Shown one piece after another: positions 10,440 to 22,917 of a DNA stretch of 32,881 nucleotides. Both the position numbers and the translations under genes were made by a program. This DNA comes from Vulcanimicrobiota bacterium. Lineage in GTDB: Bacteria; Vulcanimicrobiota; Vulcanimicrobiia; Vulcanimicrobiales; Vulcanimicrobiaceae. Under the pieces are notes generated by a model that was not told where the DNA came from, ran no database searches, and saw only the letters and a list, made by a program, of their open reading frames with translations. Each line of letters begins with the position of its first letter. Positions within the stretch are counted from its first letter, which is position 1. Location: contig CAVRQT010000004.1 of the NCBI GenBank assembly GCA_963723515.1, forward strand, positions 1 through 32,881. The letters run 5' to 3'.

Positions 10440-11562
10440 ATGCCGGACGTATTACCCTTCGTTGATTTGCGTGCTCAATATCGGAATCATGCCGCTGAAA
10501 TAGACGCGGCCATGCAGCGCGTCGTGCAGTCAGCCGCATTTATCATGGGCCCGGATCTGGCTGCATTCGAAGAAGAGTTCGCGCGATTCATCGGAACGCA
10601 GCACTGCGTCGGCGTCGGTTCGGGGACGTCCGCGCTTCGCGCTGCGCTACTGGCGCTTGGGATCGGTCCCGGCGACGAAGTCCTCATGCCGGCCAATACG
10701 TATATCGCGTGCGCGCTCGCGACGTCGCAGACCGGCGCAGTACCGACCTTTGTCGATGTCGGTTCCGATCATCTCATGCGAGCCGCGGATGTTGAGCAGG
10801 CCTTGACGCCGAAGAACGAAGGCCATCATGGTCGTTCATCTCTACGGCCAAGCCGCCGACGTGCAATCGATTTTGGAAATTGCGCGACGCCATCGTCTGG
10901 CCGTGATCGAAGATGCGAGCCAGGCGCACGGCGCCAAAGTCAACGGGCGTTGCGTCGGTTCCTTCGGCGATGTCGGCTGCTTCAGTTTCTATCCGGGGAA
11001 GAACCTGGGCGCGTACGGCGACGGCGGCGCGGTCGTCACGAACGATCCACAGATCGCCGAAGGATTGCGTCTGCATCGCGATTTCGGTCAGCGCAAGAAG
11101 TACGAGCACCTGATCAAAGGCGACAACGATCGTCTCGATTCGTTGCAGGCCGCAGTGCTGCGCGTGAAACTGCGACACCTCGAGAAGTGGAATGCAAAGC
11201 GCCGTGCTGCGGCCCGCCGCTACGATCGACGGATCGCTGAGCTTGGTCTCACGCCACCCGAATGCCGCATGGACGAAGGTCATGTGTACCATCTGTACGT
11301 CGTAGAAGTTCCGGACCGCGATGCGCTTATGGCGCGGTTTCGCGATGAGAACATCCAAGTCGGCATCCACTACCCGGTGCCGATTCACCGGCAACCCGCT
11401 TACAGCGATCTCAATATCCCAGCGGGCGCCTTTCCACGTACTGAATCGGCTGCGGATCGAGTTCTTTCGCTGCCCATGTTTGCGGAAATCACGCCCCAGC
11501 AAATCGATCGCGTCACCAACATCTTAAAGGTGCATCTGGAACGAATCGGTGTCGAAGCGTAA
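10440..11562 (+). CDS. DegT/DnrJ/EryC1/StrS PLP-dependent sugar aminotransferase (frameshift near 10814)
   Basis: PFVDL, GPGDEV, VHLYGQ, EDASQAHGA, FSFYPGKNLGAYGDGG (PLP lysine), HVYHLYV, IHYPVP, LSLPMF. Confidence 0.92.
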
Positions 11563-14500
11563 TCTCAGCGAACGTTTCGACCGCTACCTCATACCGCTCT
11601 TCGGCCTGCTGCTCTTCCTAATCGCAACCCAAGTTGCGGTCGCGAATCTTCCCGCGGGCAAACTTTTTGCCGGCCACGACAGCGGTTTTTACACACTCTT
11701 TCCCGATCAATTGATTCGAACGTCCGCCGGCACGTGGGAGGTCAAGACGGCGCTCGGTTTCGTCAACTTTCAAGCGCTCGTGACACTTCCGTTCGCGCTC
11801 CTTGTCATCGTCGTCAACGCGCTGCATCTCTCGAGCGCCGCCGTTGGGCGCATCTTTTACGAGCTGCAGATCCTGCTGTGTGAGTTCGGCACTTTTTGGA
11901 TCGCATGGTTGATCCTTGAGAAGTTCTACGCCGAAAGTCCGCGCTTGATTCGAGCGATCGCATCATGTCGTCGCTGCGCTTGATTGCAACGTTCAACATT
12001 TTCACCGCGGTGCTTCTGATGTATCCCCCGAGTAACTTCCAAATGGGCGTCTTCGTCTGGCCCGCCGTGATCGGCTTCGAGCTCTACCTGCTTTGGAAGC
12101 GCGCGACGATTTCAGCGGCAATTCTTTTCGGCATCGCGCTAACGTTGGCGACGCTCGGAAATCCGGCGCATACGATGCTCGGCTTTCTGCTCGTTGCGGT
12201 CGTCTACATTGCCAATTCGATCGCAGAGCAAAATTGGCAAGGCCGGCTCGCCTTGACCGTCGCTGTTGTAACGTTTGTCACGAGCGTGTTCTTTTGGTTG
12301 CCGGCGTTCGCTTCAATGTTTCTCTACCATGGCAACGTCTCCGCACCGGTCGGCGCCAACGCCGCCGCTTTGACCACCTCGGCGGAGCTCATCAAGTTGC
12401 GCACGACGATTGCAGCGCTGCTGCGCTTCGACGGTCTCTTATGGTGGCCGAAGACGCCGAATGCTCCGCTCTACAATACGGCGCTGATGATCTTTGCTAC
12501 TTATGTGCCAGCCGCGCTTGCCGTGGCGGCGCTCATGTCACGGCGCTGGATAGCGAGAGCGCTCTGGGTGTTGCTCCTGGGCGGCATCGAGCTTGGCAAG
12601 AGCGCGCACCCGCCGTTTCAACTCAATCTCGTCGCGCTAATGACGAGCATTCCGCTCTTTGCGGCTTTCCGCCAAACATACGATAAATTCGCCCTCTACA
12701 TTATGCTCGCGCTTCCGGCGCTGGCGGCGATCGGCTTGGTCGTGCTGGCGCGAGGGCGCCGCTATTTGTGGGCGAGTGTCGTTGCCGTGGCGCTCGTTCT
12801 CATCAGTATCTGGCCGTTTCTTGCCGGACGGGTCGCTGATGCATACTTCTTGACAAACATCCCGGCTGATTATTCGCGCGTCGACGCCATCATGGGAGAT
12901 GATCCGCAGAAGCGCGTTCTGTCCTTACCGGGCGGGCCGAACGAGATTTACATCGCGGATTGGTTCAAAGGCGGCAACTTCGAAAACTTGCTCTTTCGGA
13001 CGCATGCCGTCAACAGCGCGATCTTCAAGCAGCGCAGCATCTCTGCGGCGCCGCTCTACGACGACTTCGACTTGATACAAGCGCAGGAGTTGCCGCAGTT
13101 GATCTCGTTGCTCGGCGTCTACGACACACAGTATGTGCTTTTGCACAAAGACTTCCTGACGAGTTATCGGATGGCGTTTGATTTCGAGCAATATCAGGTG
13201 CTCGGTCCGCTTCTGGCGCGTGCGATGCAGCGCGATCTCGACAGTGATTCGCGCCTGCAGAAGCTCTACAACGGACGATACCTGGCCTTATACCGTCTCC
13301 GGCGCAGCGCAACATTGCCGCATGCCTTCGGATCCTATAACGTCGGCGTTGCATTGGCATACGAAAACACTTTGCTCGCCACCGCGGATACGGGGTTAAT
13401 GGATGCCGCGCGTCATCCAACGCTCTTGCTTGCGGGCAACCAAGTACAGGCGTCTGACGCACAATACAATCGTTTGGGGCAGCGCGCCTCGTATGTCGTC
13501 AAAGCGCCGATCTATCTTGAGACGCCTGCGCTGTACCGCGAACAGCTCTCGCTCGGCGGCGTGCAAATGCAAGACATCGCCCAGCGCTACTGGACGCTGG
13601 ACCGTCCGAACTACTTCGTCTTCGTGCAGCCGCACGGGGATTGGCTCAAAGGCAGCATTGCTGCCGAACATGATTTGGTTGGAGAGTTCGATGTGCAGCA
13701 TGCCGAGCGGCTGAACCCGTCGATGCTTGTAGGGGCCATCCGAATGCCGCAGCCGGCTTTCCGGTCGTACATTGGCACCGAAGGCGAGCGTGCGTGGCCC
13801 TTGCTCGCGTTCTCTGATGAGCCGCTGGCCGAGGCAATTATCAGCGAAGCCGATCTCATCGATCCCGACGCGCCGCCGGCTCCCGGCACGCAAGAGCCAT
13901 TCATCGATCCCGTGCTTTCAAACCTCCCGGTCGTGCATGCGCCGGCAAACGTGACACTCGATCGGACATCCGCCACATATCATATTCGCCTTCAGCGCGG
14001 TGGAGAGTTTGAAGAACTTGTCGTTGCACATCGTGCGATTCCAGCGATTGCATTGCTGAACGATCCGAAGGTGACGTTCGACTACGACTTCTCGGATCCA
14101 AAGATTCAAGCCGGGTGGCTGCACTTCGAGTTTTTAGATCCGCCGGAAAACGGTATTTTTTGGACAAGCAACTCGACGAGAGCGGGCACCTTGAAGATTT
14201 CGATGTTCGCGATACTCTGCAGACCGGATTAGACCGCCGATTCGGCAAGCTTACGGCGCTGCATCAGAGCGATCCGCAATGGCTAGCGCAACAAGATCCG
14301 TTCAACCCGCCGCAAGCCGATCGCTTTCGGTTGATCGGCCTCCATCTGATCATGGGAAAGCCGCCGTTCACCGATTTCTCGCAGACGCCGGATGACGTTT
14401 CATTCCGCTTTCGCGGATTGCAGATCGCCTGCTCGGACCCGGATCCGCCTGCGTATCCGATGGCTGGTTACCATTTGACCTTTGGTTCGGTCGATATGCG

Positions 14501-15631
14501 GCCGCAACTCAAAGCAATCAGCGCGCTCAAGCGAACGGTGCGCAGCGGCGCTGTTCTGTATACCGCAACAACAGCAGCCGTCCGTACCTCATCCTCGGTT
14601 GCCTTCAAGGTTTCGCTGCCGCCGATCGATCTCGGGCGTTATCCGTGGATGCACCTCCGTTTTTGGCAGCCGGTTTCCAACCAGGAGTTGATTCTCAAGC
14701 TTGGATTCGCTACGCCGTCCGGCATACGCGAGGTTACGCCGAGCTTGAGACTCCGCCGAATGCTCCATCGGAAAGCGCCGCGCCGCCGGCCTGGGTTTCG
14801 AAAGCAACATTTCCGGAATTGGCGGCGCCGATTACGCTTGACGGCGGTACACTTTCGCTCCCAGCCGACCAAGGGTGGCGCGAGCTCATCTTCGATTTGC
14901 GCCGGGTCGCCGCGTATCGCGCCGGAACGTTACGGCCGCGACTCGGTTACATCATGCTCAAGTTCAAAGTGACGCCTGCACCAGAGATACCGATCGGCGT
15001 ACCGCGCAATCTTGTGTTCGGCTTCGGCGATCTGGCCTTCGTTCAAGCAACGACGCAGGCGACTCGCAAACCAGCTGGGGATGTGCTGCAGATCGACGGC
15101 AAGCCGCAAAGGGTTGATAACGTGACGCCCCTGGCCGGCGACAAGAACCAAGTCGCCCTTCGCTTCGCCCCGATAGAATTGCGGGTTGGAAACCATCGGC
15201 TCGCTACGAATCTGCCGATGTCGTGGGCAGTGCGGAGCGTCACCCTCCGTCCATCGCTCCCGCGTAGCGCGCCAGCGCCGAGCGTCACGATTCACCACAT
15301 TGACGACGAATTGTTTGCGGTGCACGTCGATCGCAAACGGGCGTTTTGGCTTTCGTTTGCAGAGACGTATCACGCCGGCTGGCGCTTAATTCCATCCGTC
15401 GCTCCACGCAACCGCTTGCAATGGACGTGGTCAATGCGGTGGCTTGCGCCCGCGACCGGTGAACATCTGATGGGCAGCGCTTACAACAACACGTGGTTCG
15501 TTGAGGGCGTCGGTCCTGGTGACTACGTGATCGATTTCGCACCGCAAGACTTCGCGGTCATCGGTAAGGTGCTGACGACCCTAACGATCCTCTTTGCCTG
15601 TGCATTGGCCGCTTATTGGTGGCGCCGCTGA
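11549..15631 (+). CDS. Large (about 1360 aa) GT-C-like membrane glycosyltransferase, AftD/DUF3367/YfhO-type (frameshifts near 11965, 14141, 14740)
   Basis: Acidic GHD motif after TM1, many TM helices, AAFRQTYDKF, IPADY, RVLSLP, YVLLHKD, long extracellular region, C-terminal FAETYHAGW..H..SAYNNTW..FAPQ plus last TM. Confidence 0.72.
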
Positions 15632-17543
15632 ACGCTTTCTCAAAAACAATCCTGATCGTGGCCGCCGCGGCACTTTTTTTGCTAGCGGTCGCATCCAGCA
15701 CGCAAAGTATCACAGTCGGACTCCCGCAATCGGTGCTCTTGCTTGCAATTGCGCTGATCGGCGTACGCGTGTTTCGCGAAGATCGCGAATCGCAAATCAA
15801 AGTCGCGTTGGCGTTGCTCGCTGCGGGGCGCGCTCATTCATCCGTGGGGTCAGCCGCTCGTGCAAGCGCTCTCGGAGTCTCTCTTCGCGCTGGCGATCAC
15901 GATCGTCGCAGTGTATCTCATCGGACCACCGCTGATGCGCCTGGGCCGGCGGATTCGGTCGCAATTTGTTGCAGCGAGAACGACGCTCGCCTATCCGACC
16001 GTCACAGCGAACGAAGTCGATCCGTGCCTTCGTGCTGCATCAGCGGGCCGGCGTGCCTGGATGCCGCTTCTGATCGCGGCCGTCTTGCTGCTGATTATGA
16101 TCGCTTTCGGCGGCAGAAGTTTACGTTGGGTCGCAATCCGCTTCATTGCAATGGAACGCGCACGTCTTGACCGCAGGCATCGCGCGCGACGGCGCGCATC
16201 TTAGCGATCCGAGCATCGTTGTAGCCCACCGAAGCAGTGCTTTTGTTGCGGTCCCGGATTCGCTGTTGCTTTCCATCCTCAAACTGATCGTCCCAAACGC
16301 GTGGGGTGCGTTTGTTGCGAATCTTGTTACGCTGGTCAGTTTCGCGCTGTTCATCTACGCGAGCGTGATTTTTCTGCAATTGCTCTCGTTCGGCTGGGCG
16401 GAAAGCGTGGCTGCGATAACGCTGTTCCTCCTGCTTCCAATCGGGTTGGAGCCGCGCTTTAGCGCGCCGTTCGACTTGGGCCTTGCGCTACTGATTATCT
16501 TGCCGGTTCTCGGCGGAAGCGCACGACCGTTCCCCTTCGTCGCGAGTGCATTTATCGTCGGATTGTGCAATACAGCCAATGGCTATGAGCTGGCTGCGCT
16601 GATCGCGGTCCTGCGAGCGTTCAATCTGCCGCGTGCGCAACTTTCAAATGCGGTGTACGGCGCGTCGGGAGCTCTTGCTATTATCGGAAGCATCGTCGCA
16701 GCATTGCTTGTCAAAGGCATGGCCCCCGATAGTTCGTTGCGCGAGGCATGGTGGTACGCGCAGGAGATTCCGCGGATCATCTGGGCTGAGGGTTCGCCGG
16801 TGTGGTGGCTTGCGATCGTCTTGTTTGCGTTCCTGGCCATCGCCGGATTCTATGCGTTGGCTCGAGCGCGACTCGTCGCATTGCTGTGGTCGTCGCTCGC
16901 ACTTACAATCGGCGCGGCGATTCTCGCAATTCCGACGCAGTTCGGTGGCGTTCCATTGATAAGCCTGGCACGAGTTTTGCAAGTGATTGCGCCCGCCGGT
17001 TGGCCCACGGCGCGCTTCTTGGAACTTGCGTCGTTTGCCCTAACATTGCCGGTCGCGCATGCGCTCTCGCTGTTCCTGGGATCGCTTACTTGGCGCGCAA
17101 GATTAGCGTCGACGGTCGTTTGGACGGCAGCGCTGATTGTGTTTCTTCTCTGCATACCGCGCTCCCCGGCAACCGTGTTGCCGCCGGAGACCGCTCATGC
17201 GGCCATCGTTGAATTTCCGATTGCAGAAGCGGGATCGCGCGCGGGCCTCATGTATGCGCAAGACCTTCTTACCGCAAAGGCGCGCGTACTTCAGCCGTTG
17301 GTCTTCCTCGATGCACGCTCGCCGCTCGATCTTACAAATACGCCGGAGCAGCACTCCGTCATCAACACGATGCGCAACGCCGGCGTTCGATTCGTCATAT
17401 TGCGCTCCGATATCTACGCGAAGCCGGAATGGCGCACCGTTGAGCCGCGGCTCTTTTCGCCCGCTTTTTCCGCGGAGCCGTCTATCGACGCCGCCTATCC
17501 GTGGAAGATTATCACCTACACGCCCCCGGGAGCGGCCCTTTGA
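15616..17543 (+). CDS. Polytopic membrane protein, probable divergent GT-C-like enzyme (frameshifts near 15828, 16145)
   Basis: Three overlapping hydrophobic ORFs join into about 640 aa; PTARF after the TM block, AIVEFP..LMYAQ and GVRFVILRSD in the soluble tail; stop overlaps next start (TTGA). Confidence 0.55.
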
Positions 17544-18522
17544 TTCGTCTCGGCCTGGTCGGCTACGGCTATTGGGGACCGAATTACGCGCGGATCATCG
17601 AGGAGATGCCGGACGCCACGTTGACGTGGTGCGCGGACGTCTCGGAAGCCGCGCGCGCTGCGGCGCATGCCGCCTATCCGAACGCACGAATTACTGCCGA
17701 CTACCGCGGTTTGCTGGATGCACCGGACTGCGATGCGATCGTCATTGCCGCTCCAACGCGGCACCACTTTGAAATCGCGCGAGCGGCTTTCGATGCCCGC
17801 AAACACATGCTCGTCGAAAAGCCGCTGACGGACTCCTCGCACACCGCCGCGCAGCTCGCGGATCTTGCCGAACGTGGCGGGATCGTCGCGATGGTCGGGC
17901 ACGTCTTTCTATACCATCCGGCGGTGCGCTACATCGAAAGTGAGTTGCGTTCGCCCGCGACAGGGAACGTGCGTTTTATCGCTTCATCGCGAATGGGGTA
18001 CAGCCCAATTCGCGAAGACGTCGACGCGCTTTGGGATCTTGCGCCGCATGATATTTCGATGATCCACGCGTTCATGGCGCAACGGCCGGCGGAAGCGTTC
18101 GCCGTCGGCCACTCGTACTACCCGGGGCAGCACGCCGACGTTGTCTTCGGAACGCTGCGCTTTTCAAACGGCGCGATTGCGTCGCTGCGCCTGAGCTGGG
18201 CGCACCCGTTCAAGGAGCGGCGAATCGACATCGTGGCCGAAAATGCGACCTTCTCCTTCGATGATCTCGCGGTGCCGAAGCTTTCGCGGTACGACGGACT
18301 GGAGAGCGATCGCGGCGGCGCGACGACGACGCCGATGATTGCAACGGTCGAGCCGTTGCGCGCTCAGCTCGAGCACTTCATCGGGTGCATCGAAGAGAGA
18401 AGGCGCCCTTGACGGGATTCCGGGAAGGCGAAGGCGTCGTTGCGACGCTCGAAGCGCTAACGAGTTCACTGCGAAGCGGTGCGGTAACGCGGGTCGCGCA
18501 GAACGCGCGTCAATTCGCCTAA
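17540..18522 (+). CDS. Gfo/Idh/MocA NAD-dependent oxidoreductase (sugar-nucleotide 3-dehydrogenase-like; frameshift near 18405)
   Basis: GLVGYGYWGPN, H..VEKP, MVGHVFLYHP, WDLAPHD. Corrected tail PLTGFREGEGVVATLEA..QFA* ends at 18522. Confidence 0.88.
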
Positions 18523-20722
18523 GAGGACGATCAGCCAAATCAAACCCAGCGCAACGGCTGCTCGCACGTAACCGGCCGGCGCAAACCATAAGTGGAAGTG
18601 CCGATCGCCCGGCGGCACAATCCACCCATTTGCAAATCCGTCGACGAGGCGCGAACCCGTTACGCGGCCGCCGTCACTCAGCGTCCAACGCGGATCGAAC
18701 TCGTTGCGAAAGACGAGCACTCCGCCGCTGGCCGTCCGAATGTCGCCCTCGATCTCGTCATTGCCGAACCGGCGCACCGTAACCGAGCCGGCGGGTTCAA
18801 GCGCACTTTGCGCCGGCGAAAGCAGCGGCCGCTCCGCCCAGCCGCCCGCGACGACCAACGCGTCGCCTCGCCAGCGCTCAAGCGCTGAACCATTCACCCA
18901 GCCGCATCGCTGCATCGAGCCGAACGGCGCGACGAAATACCATGCATGATGCGTCGCGATCACGTCGGCGGGGTAGCCGAGCACGCTTGCCTGACCGCAA
19001 AATCCGATCGCCGGACTCGCGTAATAATAAGGATAGGCGGCGACGAGACGGCCGCGCGCGGGCACCGTCTCCAGAACAGAATGCGCGAGCGGATTGACCG
19101 GACGAGTGAAGACGGCTGACTTCTGCAGCCCCACGATCGGCGCCGGCTGCGAAAGTTCAAAGAGATCGGTCGCGTCAACGTGCGCGAGTGGTCGCGCAAG
19201 CGAATCAGCCGGAATCGGTTGGGAGCGCTGCGGTTTTCGTGAGACGAACGATGCAAGATCGCGTCGATCGGCGATCGCAACGACACCCAGCCGTGCGAAG
19301 ATCTCCTCCGCCGGCGTCCATGCGCCGCGCCCCGCAAGCGCCAACGCGGCGGCGAACGAACCGTACGGCTGATACTCGAAAAGTGGACGGCTTTGCGCAA
19401 GCGGCGTATATGCCAGCGGGTCGGATCCGCCGACCGCACGGTCCGCAGGGCCGAGCGGTTGTTGCGCCGGCCACCAAACGACGCGGCCGCGCGGCAGATT
19501 GCGTGCCTCGGTGCTTAGTGCACCAACGACCGCCGGCAGAGGGCGCCCAACCAAAGACGTTTGGGGCTGCGAACCATGCCGGCACGGTCGCCCACAATCC
19601 GAAGAGGGCGAAGAGCCATCCCACTGCGCGATGCGTCATCCAGAAACGTGTCGCGAGCAAGACGCAGACGAGCCAGTAGAGCGCCATCACATCGTACAGT
19701 TCACGGTACACCGAGAGTGCCGACACGCGCGTGAAGAGAACGCGCCACAGCTCGTGAAGCGGACCGCGCAGCCCGGTCGCCGTCAGCCATGCAATCAATG
19801 CGAGTATCACGAGCAACGCGATCGTGCGCACGTCGCGGCGCAGTTCGATCACCGCAAAGATCGCGCAGAGCGGGAAGAGCAACAACACATGTTGCAGCCA
19901 AAATTGCGTCAACAACTCGTAGTAGTGGACGAAGTAACCGCGCGCTTCGAACGCTTCGAGCGGAGCGACGCTCTGTTGCAGCTGCCACGAGAGCACCGCG
20001 CGCTGCATCGAGAGCGCACCATGCGAGGGTTGGGCGAGCACGGTTGCGCCGAGCAGCGCGGGAAGCAGCAACGGGACGGCGATAAGAACGATCAAAACCG
20101 CATCGATCACGGTGCGCCGTCGAAAGAGGATCGCGAAGATCAGAATCAACAGCGCCAAGCCGAAGATCTGCAGTTGAACGCTCGAAAATGCGAGCGCTAA
20201 TCCGGTGAGGAGCAGCCATAACCGGCGGTTCTTCGGTTCTTTGCGAAGCATAAGCGCGACGACAAACGGCAGCACCGCGTAGCCTTCCAGATACGATGTG
20301 TGCCCGGCAACAAATTTCGCAATTGCCACCGGACCCGCCATGTAGAAAAAACCGCAGAGCAACGCCCAGCGCGGCGCGATCGCTAAGAGCGTTCGCGCGG
20401 CAAATGCACCGCCCGCGATGCCGAATGCAACGGTCGCAACCAAGAGCAAATCCAGCACCGCTTTGGATGGAACAATCCACGCGAGCAGCCACTCGAGATA
20501 GAATTGCGGCAACGCGCTTGCAAAGACGTTCGGCGCACCGAGACCATCCGGCACCCAGGCCGCGACAGCGCGTCCGCTCATCGCACGCAAACCGGCTTGA
20601 TCCGGAGGCCATGACCAATCGTGGATATATGCCGGAATGCCGTTGTGCAGAAGAAACGGCGCCAGCAAAAGCAGCGCGCCGCCTAGCGCCCACCAAATCG
20701 CGGAGAGCCGGTTACCGCTCAG
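18466..20722 (-). CDS. GT-C-like membrane glycosyltransferase (about 750 aa; frameshift near 19541; start uncertain)
   Basis: HDWSWP after TM1, many TMs, SVYRELYD, RVVWWP, C-terminal LVFRNEFDPRW..VDGFANGW..FAP plus TM, same layout as 11549..15631. Confidence 0.7.
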
Positions 20723-20733
20723 GCGCCCCCGCT

Positions 20734-21462
20734 CTAGGTTGTCGAACGTATCATCTCTAGCAAGGGACGCTTGGTCTCCATGCGCCGTTGTGCGAAACGC
20801 TCGAACAACGGCCGCAACAGTTCCGAAGGGGGCACGTAGTCGCGCTCGTTCAGCGTGCGCTCGACTTCGGCAATGCACGCCGCATCAAAGCCGCTGCGCT
20901 CCATGCCGACCGCATTGATTCCTAGCAGTTGCGCCGGATTACCGACAACCTTTGCAAACGGCGGCACGTCTTTGCTGATCACGCTTCCCATGCCGATCAT
21001 CGCATAGGCGCCGATCGTGGTGTATTGGTGAATCATCGTGGAGAGGCCGATCGTGCTGTATTCGCCGACATCGGTGAACCCGCCGATTTGCGTGTTGTTG
21101 GCGAGCGCGACGTTACGGCGTATTCGTGTATCGTGCGAGACGTGACAGTAGGCCATGAAGTAACATTCGTCTTCAACGATGGTTTGAAATTTCGACGGCT
21201 GATGCACCGTCGTGTATTCCCGAAAGACGCAACGGCTTCCGATTCGGATTCCGGTGACGGGCTGTCCCGTGAATTCGTATTTCGCAGTCGTGTATTGCGC
21301 CGGCGTGCCGATCGTCACGTGCGGCCCGATCCAATTGTCGTCACCGATGACCACATCGCCTTCGATCGTCGTAAATGCGCCGACTGTATTCCCTTTGCCG
21401 ATTCGCACGGTCGGCGCGATGACGGCCGTCGGATGAATCTGATTGCCGTCGGCTGACCCCAT
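20734..21462 (-). CDS. LpxA-like hexapeptide-repeat (left-handed beta-helix) sugar-nucleotide acyltransferase
   Basis: IHPTAVI, hexapeptide repeats, REYTTVH, MAYCHVSHD, IHQY, KDVPPF..GNPA...GINAVGMERSGF helical tail, as in LpxA. Confidence 0.85.
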   Translation of the reverse strand: MGSADGNQIHPTAVIAPTVRIGKGNTVGAFTTIEGDVVIGDDNWIGPHVTIGTPAQYTTAKYEFTGQPVTGIRIGSRCVFREYTTVHQPSKFQTIVEDECYFMAYCHVSHDTRIRRNVALANNTQIGGFTDVGEYSTIGLSTMIHQYTTIGAYAMIGMGSVISKDVPPFAKVVGNPAQLLGINAVGMERSGFDAACIAEVERTLNERDYVPPSELLRPLFERFAQRRMETKRPLLEMIRSTT

Positions 21463-21554
21463 TGCGGGGCGCCGTTCTGTTCATTTGCGCGTCGCTCCTC
21501 GCGCAGACTAGGGTAAAGAAGCGCACGCGCCGCATTATCGGATGGGCGTATTAG

Positions 21555-22917
21555 ATGCATAAACTTTCCATGTTTGGTGCCGGCTACGTCGGCTTGGTAA
21601 CCGCGACGTGTTTTGCTGAACTCGGCAACCGCGTCTACTGTTACGACTCCGATCAGAAAAAGATCGAAACGCTGCAGCGCGGCCAAGTACCGATCTTCGA
21701 ACCGGGTCTGGCCGAGATGGTCGCGAGGAACATGAAAAGCGGACGCCTCCTCTTCTCTAAGGATCCGCGGGAAGTCGTCACGGCAAGCGACATCGTCTTC
21801 ATTGCGGTGGGCACGCCGATGGCAGACGGCGGGCATGCCGATCTCACGGACGTGCGTGCGGCAGCGATGACGATCGCCAAACATCTGAACGCCAAAAAGA
21901 TCATCGTGAACAAGTCGACCGTACCGGTGCAAACCGGCGATCTCGTCGCAACGCTAATCGATGAGTACCGAAGCGGCCAGCATCCGGTCGCCGTCGTCTC
22001 GAATCCCGAGTTCGTGCGCGAAGGCTCTGCGATCTCCGATTTCATGAATCCGGATCGCATCGTGCTCGGCGTACCCGATGCGCAAACCGGCGAAACGATG
22101 CGTTCGCTCTACGCGCCGCTCGGCGTCCCGATCGTTCTGGTGTCCGTGCGAACCGCCGAGATGATCAAATACACCGCAAATGCGTTTCTTGCGACGAAGA
22201 TCTCGTTTATCAACGAGATCGCAAATCTGTGCGACGCCGTCGGCGCTGATGTGAAGGACGTCGTCGCCGGTGCTGGGAGCGACCATCGCATCGGAACCGC
22301 ATTCATGCAGTCGGGCCTTGGCTTCGGCGGTTCATGCTTTCCAAAAGATGTGATGGCGCTCACGAGGCTTGCGGAATCGAAGGGTGTCAGGCCGCGGGTG
22401 CCTGCGCTCGGTGCTTGAGACAAACGCCGCGCAAATCGAAATCTACTGCAACGCGATCCTTTCACGGCTCGGCGATTTGCAAGGCGTCACGCTGGCGCTC
22501 TTGGGGCTGGCGTTTAAGCCGAATACGGATGACGTGCGCGAATCGCCCGCGATCGCACTGGCGCGCAAACTCCTTTCGGAAGGCGCGCAATTAGCCGTGC
22601 ACGATCCTGTCGCGAGCTCAAACGCGCAGCAGCTTCTCCACGGGAGCGTGCGCTGGTGCGATGATGTCTACGATGCCGCGCGTGGCGCGCGCGCACTGAT
22701 CGTCGCTACCGATTGGAGCGAATATAAGGATCTCGATCTCAAGACGTTAGCGGCGACGATGTCGGACCGCGTGATCTTCGATTGCCGTAACATCTACGAG
22801 GCGGCGGAGGTCGCCAAAGAGGGCTTTGACCTCGTCGCAATCGGCCGCGGCGATGATCCCCGCGAGCATCGCGCCAAAACATCCGGTCGAAAAGGTTTAG
22901 CGGGATGGCCGTTTTGA
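21555..22917 (+). CDS. ugd: UDP-glucose 6-dehydrogenase (frameshift near 22401)
   Basis: GAGYVGL, IAVGTP, KSTVPV, SNPEF.REG, AEMIKY, GFGGSCFPKD (catalytic Cys), GLAFKPNTDDVRESP. Confidence 0.93.

Noticed and set aside
10388..21516. GGTAAAG in both divergent promoter gaps
   Set aside because: A single 7-mer with no palindrome or extended similarity; compatible with chance.
10440..22917. Canonical WbpA/B/E/D di-N-acetyl uronic acid pathway
   Set aside because: The dehydrogenase has the Ugd signature GGSCFPKD (not GGHCI) and is coupled to uxs, and the acyltransferase is LpxA-like rather than WbpD-like. Not fully excluded.
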